Source: Escherichia phage vB_EcoM_phAPEC6
Reading direction: 5' to 3' (one strand)
Length of the DNA stretch: 64,000 nucleotides
Sequence record: MK817115.1
Of this stretch, positions 38,532 through 47,578 are shown piece after piece. Both the position numbers and the translations under genes were made by a program. Below the pieces are notes generated by a model. The model was given only the letters and a program-made list of their open reading frames with translations. It was not told where the DNA came from and did no database searches. Position 1 is the first letter of the stretch. The number at the start of each line of letters is the position of its first letter.

Positions 38532-38888
38532 TTACAAATATTTCCACAAAGTTCGATAAGTGATAATTTCTTCTCTGGTTACAGAAACTTCATTGCACTT
38601 AACACCATCAGTTTCATTACTGAATGGTTGTACTGGTCTATCTTCTGTTAAACCTCGTTCATAAGTACAATGATAAAACTTATTTGTACTCATGTCAAGA
38701 AATACGAGATCAAATTCTTCAGTCCATCTTCTGTGCCCTTTGCTTTCATTGCAGATGATTTTATATTTTACATCTGGTTTAAAAGTTTCAGTACTGTCAT
38801 CCCATGCACCATAGTCAGTATATTCATCATTTTCATCTAACTCTGCTAGATGCCACATTAATTGTGGTAAAAAGATTTTAGATTTCAT
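38532..38888 (-). CDS. Hypothetical protein
   Basis: 118-aa ORF. Confidence 0.45.
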   Translation of the reverse strand: MKSKIFLPQLMWHLAELDENDEYTDYGAWDDSTETFKPDVKYKIICNESKGHRRWTEEFDLVFLDMSTNKFYHCTYERGLTEDRPVQPFSNETDGVKCNEVSVTREEIITYRTLWKYL

Positions 38889-38900
38889 TTATTTTCTCCA

Positions 38901-38927
38901 AAAAAAAGGACTTGAATACTCAAGTCC
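38901..38927 (-). terminator. Intrinsic terminator after HNH gene
   Basis: GGACTTGA-ATAC-TCAAGTCC with UUUUUUU on minus strand. Confidence 0.55.
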
Positions 38928-38940
38928 TTATAATATCATA

Positions 38941-39552
38941 TCAATCATGTTTATTCAATTTCTTCTGTTCTTTTTTCAAAGCTTTCATATGACGACCAAA
39001 CTCTCGAACATGCCATAGATGATCAGTTTCCCATAATTCTTGACGTAACCTACGTTCTTCTAGTAGTTTCGACTTGTCAATGTTATTTTTCTTTTTTTGT
39101 ACATTAAAGAAATTATTCATATGTTCTTGGAGAAGATTACGACCTTTAACTTTCTCAAGAAACTCATCAACTGTTTCAGTTTTATTCGAACGTAGTTGAT
39201 TACATCTGGAGCACATAGTATTAAAGTTTGACTCTAAATCAGGTCCACCCTTAGATGCCAGATGATTATGGTCAACTGTCATTAAAACTTCATAAAGACC
39301 ACATACAGCATATACATTTAAATGTGGTTTACCATATACTGGATCAGAACATAATGAACGTTCAATGCGTACTTCAGTAGCTTCAATCCCACATGCCACG
39401 CATTTTGGATTCTTAACAAAAGTAAGAACTTTTTGTGGGAAATATCGAAAAGTAATACCATTTAAAGTGTAGCGTTTCATCTTAGTACTTCGTTGATTTA
39501 ATTCTTCAAGAAGTGATAATTTTGTCGTATAGTAAACATGATATTTGTTCAT
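38941..39552 (-). CDS. HNH endonuclease (free-standing homing-endonuclease-like)
   Basis: HNH motif VDHNHLASKGGPDLESNFNTMCSRCNQ; start moved to internal Met (MNKYHVYY) to remove overlap with upstream gene. Confidence 0.7.
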   Translation of the reverse strand: MNKYHVYYTTKLSLLEELNQRSTKMKRYTLNGITFRYFPQKVLTFVKNPKCVACGIEATEVRIERSLCSDPVYGKPHLNVYAVCGLYEVLMTVDHNHLASKGGPDLESNFNTMCSRCNQLRSNKTETVDEFLEKVKGRNLLQEHMNNFFNVQKKKNNIDKSKLLEERRLRQELWETDHLWHVREFGRHMKALKKEQKKLNKHD

Positions 39553-39553
39553 T

Positions 39554-39862
39554 TTATTCCTTGATATTGATTTTAATATCTTTACCTTGTAAATCACGAA
39601 TAGTTTTAATCAATGCGTCGTGTTTTAAAGCACATTCATTGTAGACTGCATCCCAACGAGTAAGTACTTTAAGAATTTCTGCACCATCATAACCTTTAAA
39701 ACCATTTTTGTCAATCATAATTTTTTGTGGTAGAGGTGTATCATCATCACATCTTTCTAACAGAATTTCTTGTTTAATTGGTGCGGGGGATTGTAGTTTT
39801 ACTTGCTCGGCACACCCACTTATAATTAAAAAAGAAATCATTGGAACTAATAATTTTTTCAT
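39554..39862 (-). CDS. Lipoprotein, candidate o-spanin
   Basis: Signal peptide with lipobox IISGC; ATGA overlap with upstream membrane/coiled-coil gene. Confidence 0.45.
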   Translation of the reverse strand: MKKLLVPMISFLIISGCAEQVKLQSPAPIKQEILLERCDDDTPLPQKIMIDKNGFKGYDGAEILKVLTRWDAVYNECALKHDALIKTIRDLQGKDIKINIKE

Positions 39863-40233
39863 TTGAATTTATTCCTCGCTGCTTGAGAATTTTGTTTTAG
39901 TTCATTCAGTACTTTTACACCATCTTCATCTAAACATACATTCTTATAAACTTCACGTTCTACAATAAAAGGAACCTTTGTTTCAATAACTTTAGCATTA
40001 TCTTCCATGATTTTTTTAGTTTCAAGGTAATTTTTTGCATTTTCTTGTTGCATTTTATCCAAGGCGGTATCAACTTTTTTAGCTATTTGTTGCTCTATGC
40101 TTTGTTGATATCCACTGTAATAAGTATTAGCTTCCCAACCAGCATAAGCTGAACCGCCAATTAATAATACAAAAGAAATTGGTTTCCAAAATGGAATAAG
40201 AATTTTTGAAACAATTATTTCTAACATACTCAT
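39859..40233 (-). CDS. Membrane-anchored coiled-coil protein, candidate i-spanin
   Basis: N-terminal TM ISFVLLIGGSAYAGW followed by charged helical region; precedes lipoprotein. Confidence 0.45.
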   Translation of the reverse strand: MSMLEIIVSKILIPFWKPISFVLLIGGSAYAGWEANTYYSGYQQSIEQQIAKKVDTALDKMQQENAKNYLETKKIMEDNAKVIETKVPFIVEREVYKNVCLDEDGVKVLNELKQNSQAARNKFK

Positions 40234-40286
40234 AATAATATCTCCTATAGTTGATGATATTATTTAGAGTATACAATTGTATAGTT

Positions 40287-40706
40287 TTACAACATTTTTT
40301 GAATATGTTCTACTAGTTCATACAGCTTAGTTTCATTATTCTCGAACTTTTCATCAACTTCAACATTGAATTTTTCTTCTAGTTCCATTACCATTTCAAT
40401 CCAATCAAGCCAATCAAAATGGAATTTTTCTTCGACTTCCAATTTAGTAAGATTGAAGTTCGCTGATACATCATTCTCTGATGTATCACAATAACGAGTA
40501 GTGATGAATTTGACAATTTCTTTTTCAACATCGTTTAATTCACGAGTTTGATATTCGGGCTGAAGATACCACCACTCTCCCTTATTAATAGATTCCAATT
40601 CTTGTTTGATTTCATGCATTACTTTATAACGGTCAGTACTTTTATGAATAGAATTGACTTCTTGGTTCAATACATGTAGTGCATTTTTAATACGTTCATT
40701 TAACAT
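40287..40706 (-). CDS. Hypothetical protein
   Basis: 139-aa ORF. Confidence 0.45.
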   Translation of the reverse strand: MLNERIKNALHVLNQEVNSIHKSTDRYKVMHEIKQELESINKGEWWYLQPEYQTRELNDVEKEIVKFITTRYCDTSENDVSANFNLTKLEVEEKFHFDWLDWIEMVMELEEKFNVEVDEKFENNETKLYELVEHIQKML

Positions 40707-40781
40707 TTTATCACCTTATAAAAAAAAGAGAACTCCATATGAAGTTCTCTGATTATACATAATTACTTTTTCTATGTCAAG

Positions 40782-43571
40782 TTATAAATCACGGAAACGA
40801 TTTGGTGTGTTTAAGCGGTACATTGAGTATAATCCCAATCCACGCATAATCTCACCTGCCCAGAAACCAAAAAACATACCATTATCAGTACCTTCTCTAA
40901 CTGCTGGACTCCATGAACCATTCATTGGTGAACCTGGATTTACAATAACATAATTCTTTTGAAGTTCGAGAACTAAGTTATCAGCGAGTGTTGTTAGACC
41001 TTCTATTTTACATCCAGCCAATCCAGCAGCACAAGCCCCAGCTAACCACAACCCACACATATGACCTGTAAAGTCCCAATCTGGACCTTCAACTGTGCCA
41101 TCTTTATTGAAGATTGTTGGTGAACGACCATCATTATCTTTTTGAAATTGAATTAAAAAGTGAATCCAATTCTCACAAAATTCAACAAGATCTGCTGGTG
41201 GTTCAATTCCTCTCTCTGCGAGTTCTTGCCATGCTCTGGCAGCCCCAAAGAACGCACGTGGTTCATACCCACTCCATGCTTGATCACCCCAATGTAGCAT
41301 AGTAAATGTATCTGGTTCACCATATTTTAAGTTATCCCAGCGGTTCCAAACATATGCTTGTGCACACGGACCAACAGTACCGAATTGTTGAGTAAACCAT
41401 GTTTGGGAATCTTTCATAAAGCTTAACATGTTTCCTAAGCGTGTGTTATCTACTGGCTGGTCTTTAAAACAATATATCACAGGATATTGATAACCTGGAT
41501 ACGGTAAACCACGCCATCCTGAATACTGGTTCGCATACGGGTCAGTGATGTTAGAAAATGGTATTGTTCCTGGTGTGTAATGCAATGAGTTTAACAAATA
41601 ATCCTTGATTACACAATCCCCTAACTGTGCAGTATATGGTGATTCACCTGCAATTGTTATTGAAAATGTCATAGTATAGTCATCACCGTCAGCATCCGTG
41701 TATAATTCTGGAATGTCATTAATACAATACCAATCAATTATTGCAGCAACACCATCTACTGGGGTTGTATCAGGTAAAATAGTAATATCTTCTAGTTCAC
41801 TATAAACTGGTGCATCTGGTCTTGGGTCAGAACTTGGATGATTTGGCTGATACCCAGATAAACGTAATGTATCGGAACTTAGTGTGATTGTAGTCCATTC
41901 CCCGTGTGTTGCAGGAATCATCCACCACCATCTCCAACCATTATCATCTACAATTCTTATATTGTAATCATCTTCATATGAACGATAGGTAAAAGATTTA
42001 ACTTCAGACTTATTTGTTGCTAATAGCCAAAATCCAATAACAGCACCATCATCTTCACCACAAACTAACTGATTAATGGTATCGCGGCGTGTAACTAATA
42101 TATCAGTACTATATATCATTTCGGACGTTGCTGCACCATAAGGAACAACAATTCTATTATCAGCAATTATATAAGGGGAACCATCTGCTTTCTTTTCTCT
42201 AACAAATGCACTTAAAGGTGTTAATGAATGTGTGATATTTTGGTCTTTACTTTCCGGTAAGCCACAACGATAACGAACAACATCATGGTCATTTTTTGTT
42301 TTTGACAATTCCAGTACTGGTTTAAATGATAACGGCTTACCATCATCACATACACCACCATAGTCTACAAGTAATTTAGAATCAGCATTGACCCTGAACC
42401 AAATAGCTTGTTGTTCCATAGTACTTTGTGCACTTTGGTCTTGCCTGATAGTAATATATCCTAGAGAATTTCTACCAAACTTAGCAATAGCATCACTAGG
42501 ATAAAAATATTCATAGGAAATACCATCAGTGAATGGTGTGGTTACAATTGTACTTTGTCTGAAAAATTTATCTCTGGAGTCAATATCACCATAAGCATAA
42601 CACGTTAGTAGTGAACATTTCCAACCCAAATAATGTTTTCTTTCTTTTGTTATTTTATATAACAAATAAGAAGCATCACTAAACCATAATTCTGCATCTG
42701 ATGCGTTATCAGCAAATTCCAAATCAATTGGAACATGAAGAGGGCGGTTGTGTTGCATTTCATTTCGTTGAATTATCACACCACCATATTCTACTGGTTG
42801 ACGATTTGCAAAATTTAATTTATATACACCATTAATTGTTGTATTCTTTAATTGAACAGTTCCTTTTTCAGATTCGTCAAAACCTTCTGCTAAAATATTA
42901 CCATCCCAGTCGATTTTTCTACCCATGAAATCGATAATCCAGTCAACATCATATTGTTCACCTGGTGTATCCCAATCAACACTACCATCTGGTAATAATG
43001 CTTTTACTGAAGCATTTATTTGGTTCCATGCTAACGCACCTTTGAATGCAAATGTCACTTTATCCAAGAACTGACCATAATATGGTGCACCATGTGGTAT
43101 TTTACATTGACCATTAGTAAATGTAAATTCTACTCCCTTGAAACCACCATGTGTGGGCCAGCCATCATCAGCTAAAGGCCAGTTAGCCAATATAGGTTCT
43201 TTGGCATTAACTATCCAGTTACATTGTAGTGGTGTAGGTGGATCTGGTAATTCACGTCCAGCATAAAAGTACTGATGATATGCGTCCCAATACCACTTTG
43301 CCTTATCTAAAAACATTGGATCATTTGTTGCCAGATACGCATAAATGTATCCTAAAATTAATAGACTTTGACCTTCTGTTGTCCCGTCACCGTTTGGTTG
43401 ACCTTCCATTGCAGAATAGTTAATAAAATGACGGTTGTTCGCCAAAACACCCTGATTATTCACCACATAATGTTGTACTGTTGGGTCTATTGTATCACCA
43501 GTATTTCTTTCAATAAATTTGTGATGCCCATAAAGAAGTTGTACAATATTATCAATATTATTGTTTAACAT
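40782..43571 (-). CDS. Large aromatic-rich protein (possible carbohydrate-active or virion-associated enzyme)
   Basis: 929 aa, Trp/Tyr-rich (WRWWWMIPATHGEW); no definitive motif. Confidence 0.5.
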   Translation of the reverse strand: MLNNNIDNIVQLLYGHHKFIERNTGDTIDPTVQHYVVNNQGVLANNRHFINYSAMEGQPNGDGTTEGQSLLILGYIYAYLATNDPMFLDKAKWYWDAYHQYFYAGRELPDPPTPLQCNWIVNAKEPILANWPLADDGWPTHGGFKGVEFTFTNGQCKIPHGAPYYGQFLDKVTFAFKGALAWNQINASVKALLPDGSVDWDTPGEQYDVDWIIDFMGRKIDWDGNILAEGFDESEKGTVQLKNTTINGVYKLNFANRQPVEYGGVIIQRNEMQHNRPLHVPIDLEFADNASDAELWFSDASYLLYKITKERKHYLGWKCSLLTCYAYGDIDSRDKFFRQSTIVTTPFTDGISYEYFYPSDAIAKFGRNSLGYITIRQDQSAQSTMEQQAIWFRVNADSKLLVDYGGVCDDGKPLSFKPVLELSKTKNDHDVVRYRCGLPESKDQNITHSLTPLSAFVREKKADGSPYIIADNRIVVPYGAATSEMIYSTDILVTRRDTINQLVCGEDDGAVIGFWLLATNKSEVKSFTYRSYEDDYNIRIVDDNGWRWWWMIPATHGEWTTITLSSDTLRLSGYQPNHPSSDPRPDAPVYSELEDITILPDTTPVDGVAAIIDWYCINDIPELYTDADGDDYTMTFSITIAGESPYTAQLGDCVIKDYLLNSLHYTPGTIPFSNITDPYANQYSGWRGLPYPGYQYPVIYCFKDQPVDNTRLGNMLSFMKDSQTWFTQQFGTVGPCAQAYVWNRWDNLKYGEPDTFTMLHWGDQAWSGYEPRAFFGAARAWQELAERGIEPPADLVEFCENWIHFLIQFQKDNDGRSPTIFNKDGTVEGPDWDFTGHMCGLWLAGACAAGLAGCKIEGLTTLADNLVLELQKNYVIVNPGSPMNGSWSPAVREGTDNGMFFGFWAGEIMRGLGLYSMYRLNTPNRFRDL

Positions 43572-43572
43572 A

Positions 43573-44109
43573 TCATACTCCTGCTCTAATTAATGCACCG
43601 TACCATGTAACTCCTTTATCATATGTTTCTAATGAAATAATATCTTTTTCACCAATTTCATAAGAAAGAACAACTGGTCTGTTATATGACCATTTAACAT
43701 TAGAACCCCAATTAACTAGGTTTGAACCTGTTTGTTGTGTTAATAGGATGGTAATTGAATAAACTTCAGTAGGAGCCGTACCAATCGAAATAGTAGTATT
43801 TCTATCAGATAAATTAATATTAAAAACAGAATTGCCCGACAGTGGATTAATTAAAATATTATTAGAACTTAATACATTATATAACTTATTACTTGCACTA
43901 TCATATAATGTTACCCATTCTGTTTCATGATTCTCGTTAGTAGCTTTAGCTTTTATCTTAACATTATTTTCAGAATCAGTCATTCCAGTCCATCCAGATA
44001 TAATAAAAGAACTGTTTTTATTAGTTCCGAATGATGCAATCACAGAATCACTAAGAGAACTATCTTCACCATCAATAGATCCGAGTACTGACAATGTTAA
44101 AACCATCAT
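43573..44109 (-). CDS. Hypothetical protein (possible structural)
   Basis: 178-aa ORF; its 5' end overlaps 63-aa ORF 44072-44263 in another frame. Confidence 0.4.
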   Translation of the reverse strand: MMVLTLSVLGSIDGEDSSLSDSVIASFGTNKNSSFIISGWTGMTDSENNVKIKAKATNENHETEWVTLYDSASNKLYNVLSSNNILINPLSGNSVFNINLSDRNTTISIGTAPTEVYSITILLTQQTGSNLVNWGSNVKWSYNRPVVLSYEIGEKDIISLETYDKGVTWYGALIRAGV

Positions 44110-44277
44110 TTTTAATGTCTACACCAGTAGCACCAGAAAAATTATTTTGAAATTTAATAACTCCGGTAGTGTGGATATCTGTGAAAATTTGTTGTGCCAT
44201 ACTTAATCCTTGTGTTAATTTATATTGAGTATTTATTGAGTGTAATGGCATTTTTAGTACCATTACACTTGTATATG

Positions 44278-45510
44278 TTACTTATACCATTGCATTTCTC
44301 TAATATCAATGATAATTTTTGATGCTAACTTGATGTTTGGTTTTTTAGGAAGTACTGATTTCTTATATAGAACATCACGAATGTATTGTACTTTATCATC
44401 GAAATATTCTAATACTTCTTCATACTTCCATTTACCATTACGAATATCCATCAACATTTGTGCATCTGGTCGTTTAACTTGAATAATTCCACTTTGTAAC
44501 GCTTCTTCTGCACTATTCAAAAGTCGGATTGTGTGCATAGCATGTTTACAATCGTATCCGTGTTGTGATTCTAAAATAGCACGTTTGGCATTACGATTTT
44601 CTTTCCATTTATGATAACTTTTCCTATTCTCACTATTTTCCTGATATTCTTTTTCGTTAAATTTGACAATTAGTTCTGGTTTGGTTTTCAACTCTTCAGT
44701 ACTACGTTCTTTTGAAAAATAACGCAATGAACCATCATGGTTAATAGTGCTTTCATTAGGATTCTTAACAATCGCAAAAATGTTTTCTCCGTAATGAATT
44801 AGTTCATAACCATTATTAAAATTCAATAAATTGAAATCACGATCAAGAATTTTTTCAGTAGTGTAGTTATGCACTAATCTTACGAAATGATATTGCTTTA
44901 ATGGATTTTTCGAAACTAACTGCAATGATGTATCACGCATATATTTTTCAAAATCAATCTTTTTAGCATTAAATGGATGTAAGTTGGATGTATCTAAACG
45001 TTCAACAAGATACTGTGGGAATGAATCATACATCCACGCAAGAACCTCATCGACAGGGTGTTCTTCTAAAATCTCATTTAATCGTTTTTCAGCAATACGC
45101 TCTTTATCCATCCAACCGTGATGATTTGTCATACGCTTAATCTGATTATATGCATATCCAGTGTATGAAAATGCAATCTTGGAACTAAGAAGTTTTTGGT
45201 TAAATGAACGAAGATAGTCATAAATTTCAGTACTTTCCACAATGTGTTCAGGTTCAACCCAAAGTGATTCAAGAATATTAGGGTTAGCTTCAGTGTATAA
45301 TTTTAAATACTGATTCAACTCATAGAATTTAGTATCTTCTTCGCTTTTGTCAGCTACCTCGTTGACCTTATAGAAGGGTGTAAGAATAAATTCTTTATTA
45401 GCAAGAAAAATACCACGATAATCAGTATCACTTTCCGGTGTACTGGTTCCGTAGGCTTGTGACCCAGCCAAGTGTTTCACTATTGTTTGTTCAATATATT
45501 GGTTATTCAT
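44278..45510 (-). CDS. Pol-beta superfamily nucleotidyltransferase
   Basis: N-terminal GSQAYGTSTPESDTDYRG (G[SG]...D.D nucleotidyltransferase signature); 410 aa. Confidence 0.55.
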   Translation of the reverse strand: MNNQYIEQTIVKHLAGSQAYGTSTPESDTDYRGIFLANKEFILTPFYKVNEVADKSEEDTKFYELNQYLKLYTEANPNILESLWVEPEHIVESTEIYDYLRSFNQKLLSSKIAFSYTGYAYNQIKRMTNHHGWMDKERIAEKRLNEILEEHPVDEVLAWMYDSFPQYLVERLDTSNLHPFNAKKIDFEKYMRDTSLQLVSKNPLKQYHFVRLVHNYTTEKILDRDFNLLNFNNGYELIHYGENIFAIVKNPNESTINHDGSLRYFSKERSTEELKTKPELIVKFNEKEYQENSENRKSYHKWKENRNAKRAILESQHGYDCKHAMHTIRLLNSAEEALQSGIIQVKRPDAQMLMDIRNGKWKYEEVLEYFDDKVQYIRDVLYKKSVLPKKPNIKLASKIIIDIREMQWYK

Positions 45511-45908
45511 AGATAAATTGTTAACTCCTTTAAGAAACCATTATAATAACGATTAAAGTCATGTTCTAATGTTTTATAATCATCAAAACTAAAACCTAAA
45601 TTGATAATTGTATCTTCTTGAAAGAAAGTTTCTTCATTCATACATTCAATAGGTTCGTAATTAATTCCACCTTTGAAAACTTTTGTAAAAAACATTCCAT
45701 CATTATTAATTTCAACATACATAAAATTATTTTCTGGGTCACGAGGACAGACGATATTCAGTGAACTATTTCCACTTGTATTGTACTCATAAGAAATTAT
45801 ATCAAAAGAATCAATACCATAACACTTAGATTTTTCTTTATCGCCAAATACTTTTCTATCTGTACTCATATTGCGTATAGTGCTATAGATATCATCAACT
45901 GTAGTCAT
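45507..45908 (-). CDS. Hypothetical protein
   Basis: 133-aa ORF. Confidence 0.45.
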   Translation of the reverse strand: MTTVDDIYSTIRNMSTDRKVFGDKEKSKCYGIDSFDIISYEYNTSGNSSLNIVCPRDPENNFMYVEINNDGMFFTKVFKGGINYEPIECMNEETFFQEDTIINLGFSFDDYKTLEHDFNRYYNGFLKELTIYL

Positions 45909-45910
45909 AG

Positions 45911-46420
45911 TTAACCACCATACTTTGACTTGTATGTTTCAAGTGATAAAGATATACGATTTTGCTTTTTAATTCTTTCATCAATATCCTTTGAATTCTT
46001 CACACTTCGGTATACGTCAGCTAATAAATTATAATCTTCTTTATTTGAGCTATGCTGTGTCCAACCTATGTCTGTTTTAATACGAACATTTGCTTTATTT
46101 GACGAGTAAAAGAAACTGAAACCATTTGACCCATCAAAAATATCAAAAGTATCTACCCAATCACCATAAGGAAAACTCATCGGGACTGACTCGTGGTCGA
46201 TTGTGATATCCGATAAATTTTTTGAACAGTACTTCGCAAAGTGATAAACAATTGGATCACATTTAGATAATTCATATTTGTATTCAATGATAGTTTTTCT
46301 ATTAGCATCATTGATAGCATATTCTTTCATCAATGGGCTTTTTTTGATGATAAGAGTCCACAGAAACGATTCTAATCCGGTTTCATCAACTTTTTGTTTC
46401 TTTTTGAAAAATGAAATCAT
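45911..46420 (-). CDS. Hypothetical protein, tandem paralog family member 3
   Basis: Shares D.RK.(I/L)IEYKYELSK-type motif with the two upstream genes. Confidence 0.5.
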   Translation of the reverse strand: MISFFKKKQKVDETGLESFLWTLIIKKSPLMKEYAINDANRKTIIEYKYELSKCDPIVYHFAKYCSKNLSDITIDHESVPMSFPYGDWVDTFDIFDGSNGFSFFYSSNKANVRIKTDIGWTQHSSNKEDYNLLADVYRSVKNSKDIDERIKKQNRISLSLETYKSKYGG

Positions 46421-46938
46421 TTATATAAACCCTTAATTTTCTGTCTATTATGTATATCATTTTGCTGGATTTTCAATTTAGTAAGGTTGTTTCTTACACC
46501 TTCAACTCCACGCATTATTTGTAACATAATTAGTGATTCGTCATATGTTAGTACATTGCTATTATTATCGATATATACTTTCACTCCACTTTCAAGATAA
46601 TCATTTTCTTTGGAGTTAAAGTTTCTAATAGCAAACTTAACGCCATTTGATGTATCACTGAAAACATATCGTTCCGCACCGTAGAATGTTTTTCCACGAA
46701 ATAAACCGCCGTCTTCCCACTTCCAACGACTAGATTCATAATCATTAACGTAATCAATGATTAAAGAAAGTAAAGGGTGTTTGCTCAATTTATATTTTGC
46801 ATCTAACAGGATACGTCTATCATTATCTGTGGTGATAATATCCTTTAGTGAGTAGCTTTTAGATATAATTTTAAAGATAATTTCATGCCAAATTAAAGTA
46901 CTGTTTTGTTTTCCAACTGATCCAAAAAACATATCCAT
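46417..46938 (-). CDS. Hypothetical protein, tandem paralog family member 2
   Basis: DNDRRILLDAKYKLSK motif. Confidence 0.5.
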   Translation of the reverse strand: MDMFFGSVGKQNSTLIWHEIIFKIISKSYSLKDIITTDNDRRILLDAKYKLSKHPLLSLIIDYVNDYESSRWKWEDGGLFRGKTFYGAERYVFSDTSNGVKFAIRNFNSKENDYLESGVKVYIDNNSNVLTYDESLIMLQIMRGVEGVRNNLTKLKIQQNDIHNRQKIKGLYK

Positions 46939-46944
46939 TCCTCA

Positions 46945-47511
46945 TTAGTATAAATCAGTAATGTCTTTGTATGCATTAATCTGTTTTTGTTGTAATGAAA
47001 GTTCATTGAGTTTAGTTACCATTTTATCTACACCAACACGTGTATAGAAAATAATAAATGAATCTAAATTGCCTAGAGTAATTCTTGAACTGTAATTTGA
47101 AAGTTTTCTTGCATAAACATAAATTTCTTCTTCACTTGGTAAACGTTTCTCAATCGGCCAGCTTTCCACACCATTCGGCTCATAATCGATTTCAAATTCA
47201 ACTCCCATCACTGTGTCTTGAATGAGATCCGTATATGAACCACCGTAAAAATACTCTCTTGGTTTGGCTCTCCAACGAGGACTAAATGGGTCAGATGCGT
47301 ATTCTTTTACAAATTTGTAAAAGGACATTTTACTGAGCATATACTTCATCTCAATTAGTGCTTTGCGGTCATCATCAGTTTTAAACTCTGCTTTGAGCGA
47401 TGGACTTTTACACAGTAACTTAACTAAATTGATGTACATCTTTAATGTACGTTGTTCTTTCATTTCTTTGATTTTGTGACGTTTTGGTGGCGGTAATAAA
47501 GATTTGACCAT
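46945..47511 (-). CDS. Hypothetical protein, tandem paralog family member 1
   Basis: DDDRKALIEMKYMLSK motif. Confidence 0.5.
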   Translation of the reverse strand: MVKSLLPPPKRHKIKEMKEQRTLKMYINLVKLLCKSPSLKAEFKTDDDRKALIEMKYMLSKMSFYKFVKEYASDPFSPRWRAKPREYFYGGSYTDLIQDTVMGVEFEIDYEPNGVESWPIEKRLPSEEEIYVYARKLSNYSSRITLGNLDSFIIFYTRVGVDKMVTKLNELSLQQKQINAYKDITDLY

Positions 47512-47544
47512 AATTTCCTCCTATTTTTATTCAATTATACACAT

Positions 47545-47572
47545 AAAAGAAAAGCCCGTCAATAGACGAGCT
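47545..47572 (-). terminator. Intrinsic terminator
   Basis: AGCUCGUC-UAUU-GACGGGCU (one G-U pair) followed by UUUCUUUU on minus strand. Confidence 0.5.
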
Positions 47573-47578
47573 TTAAAT

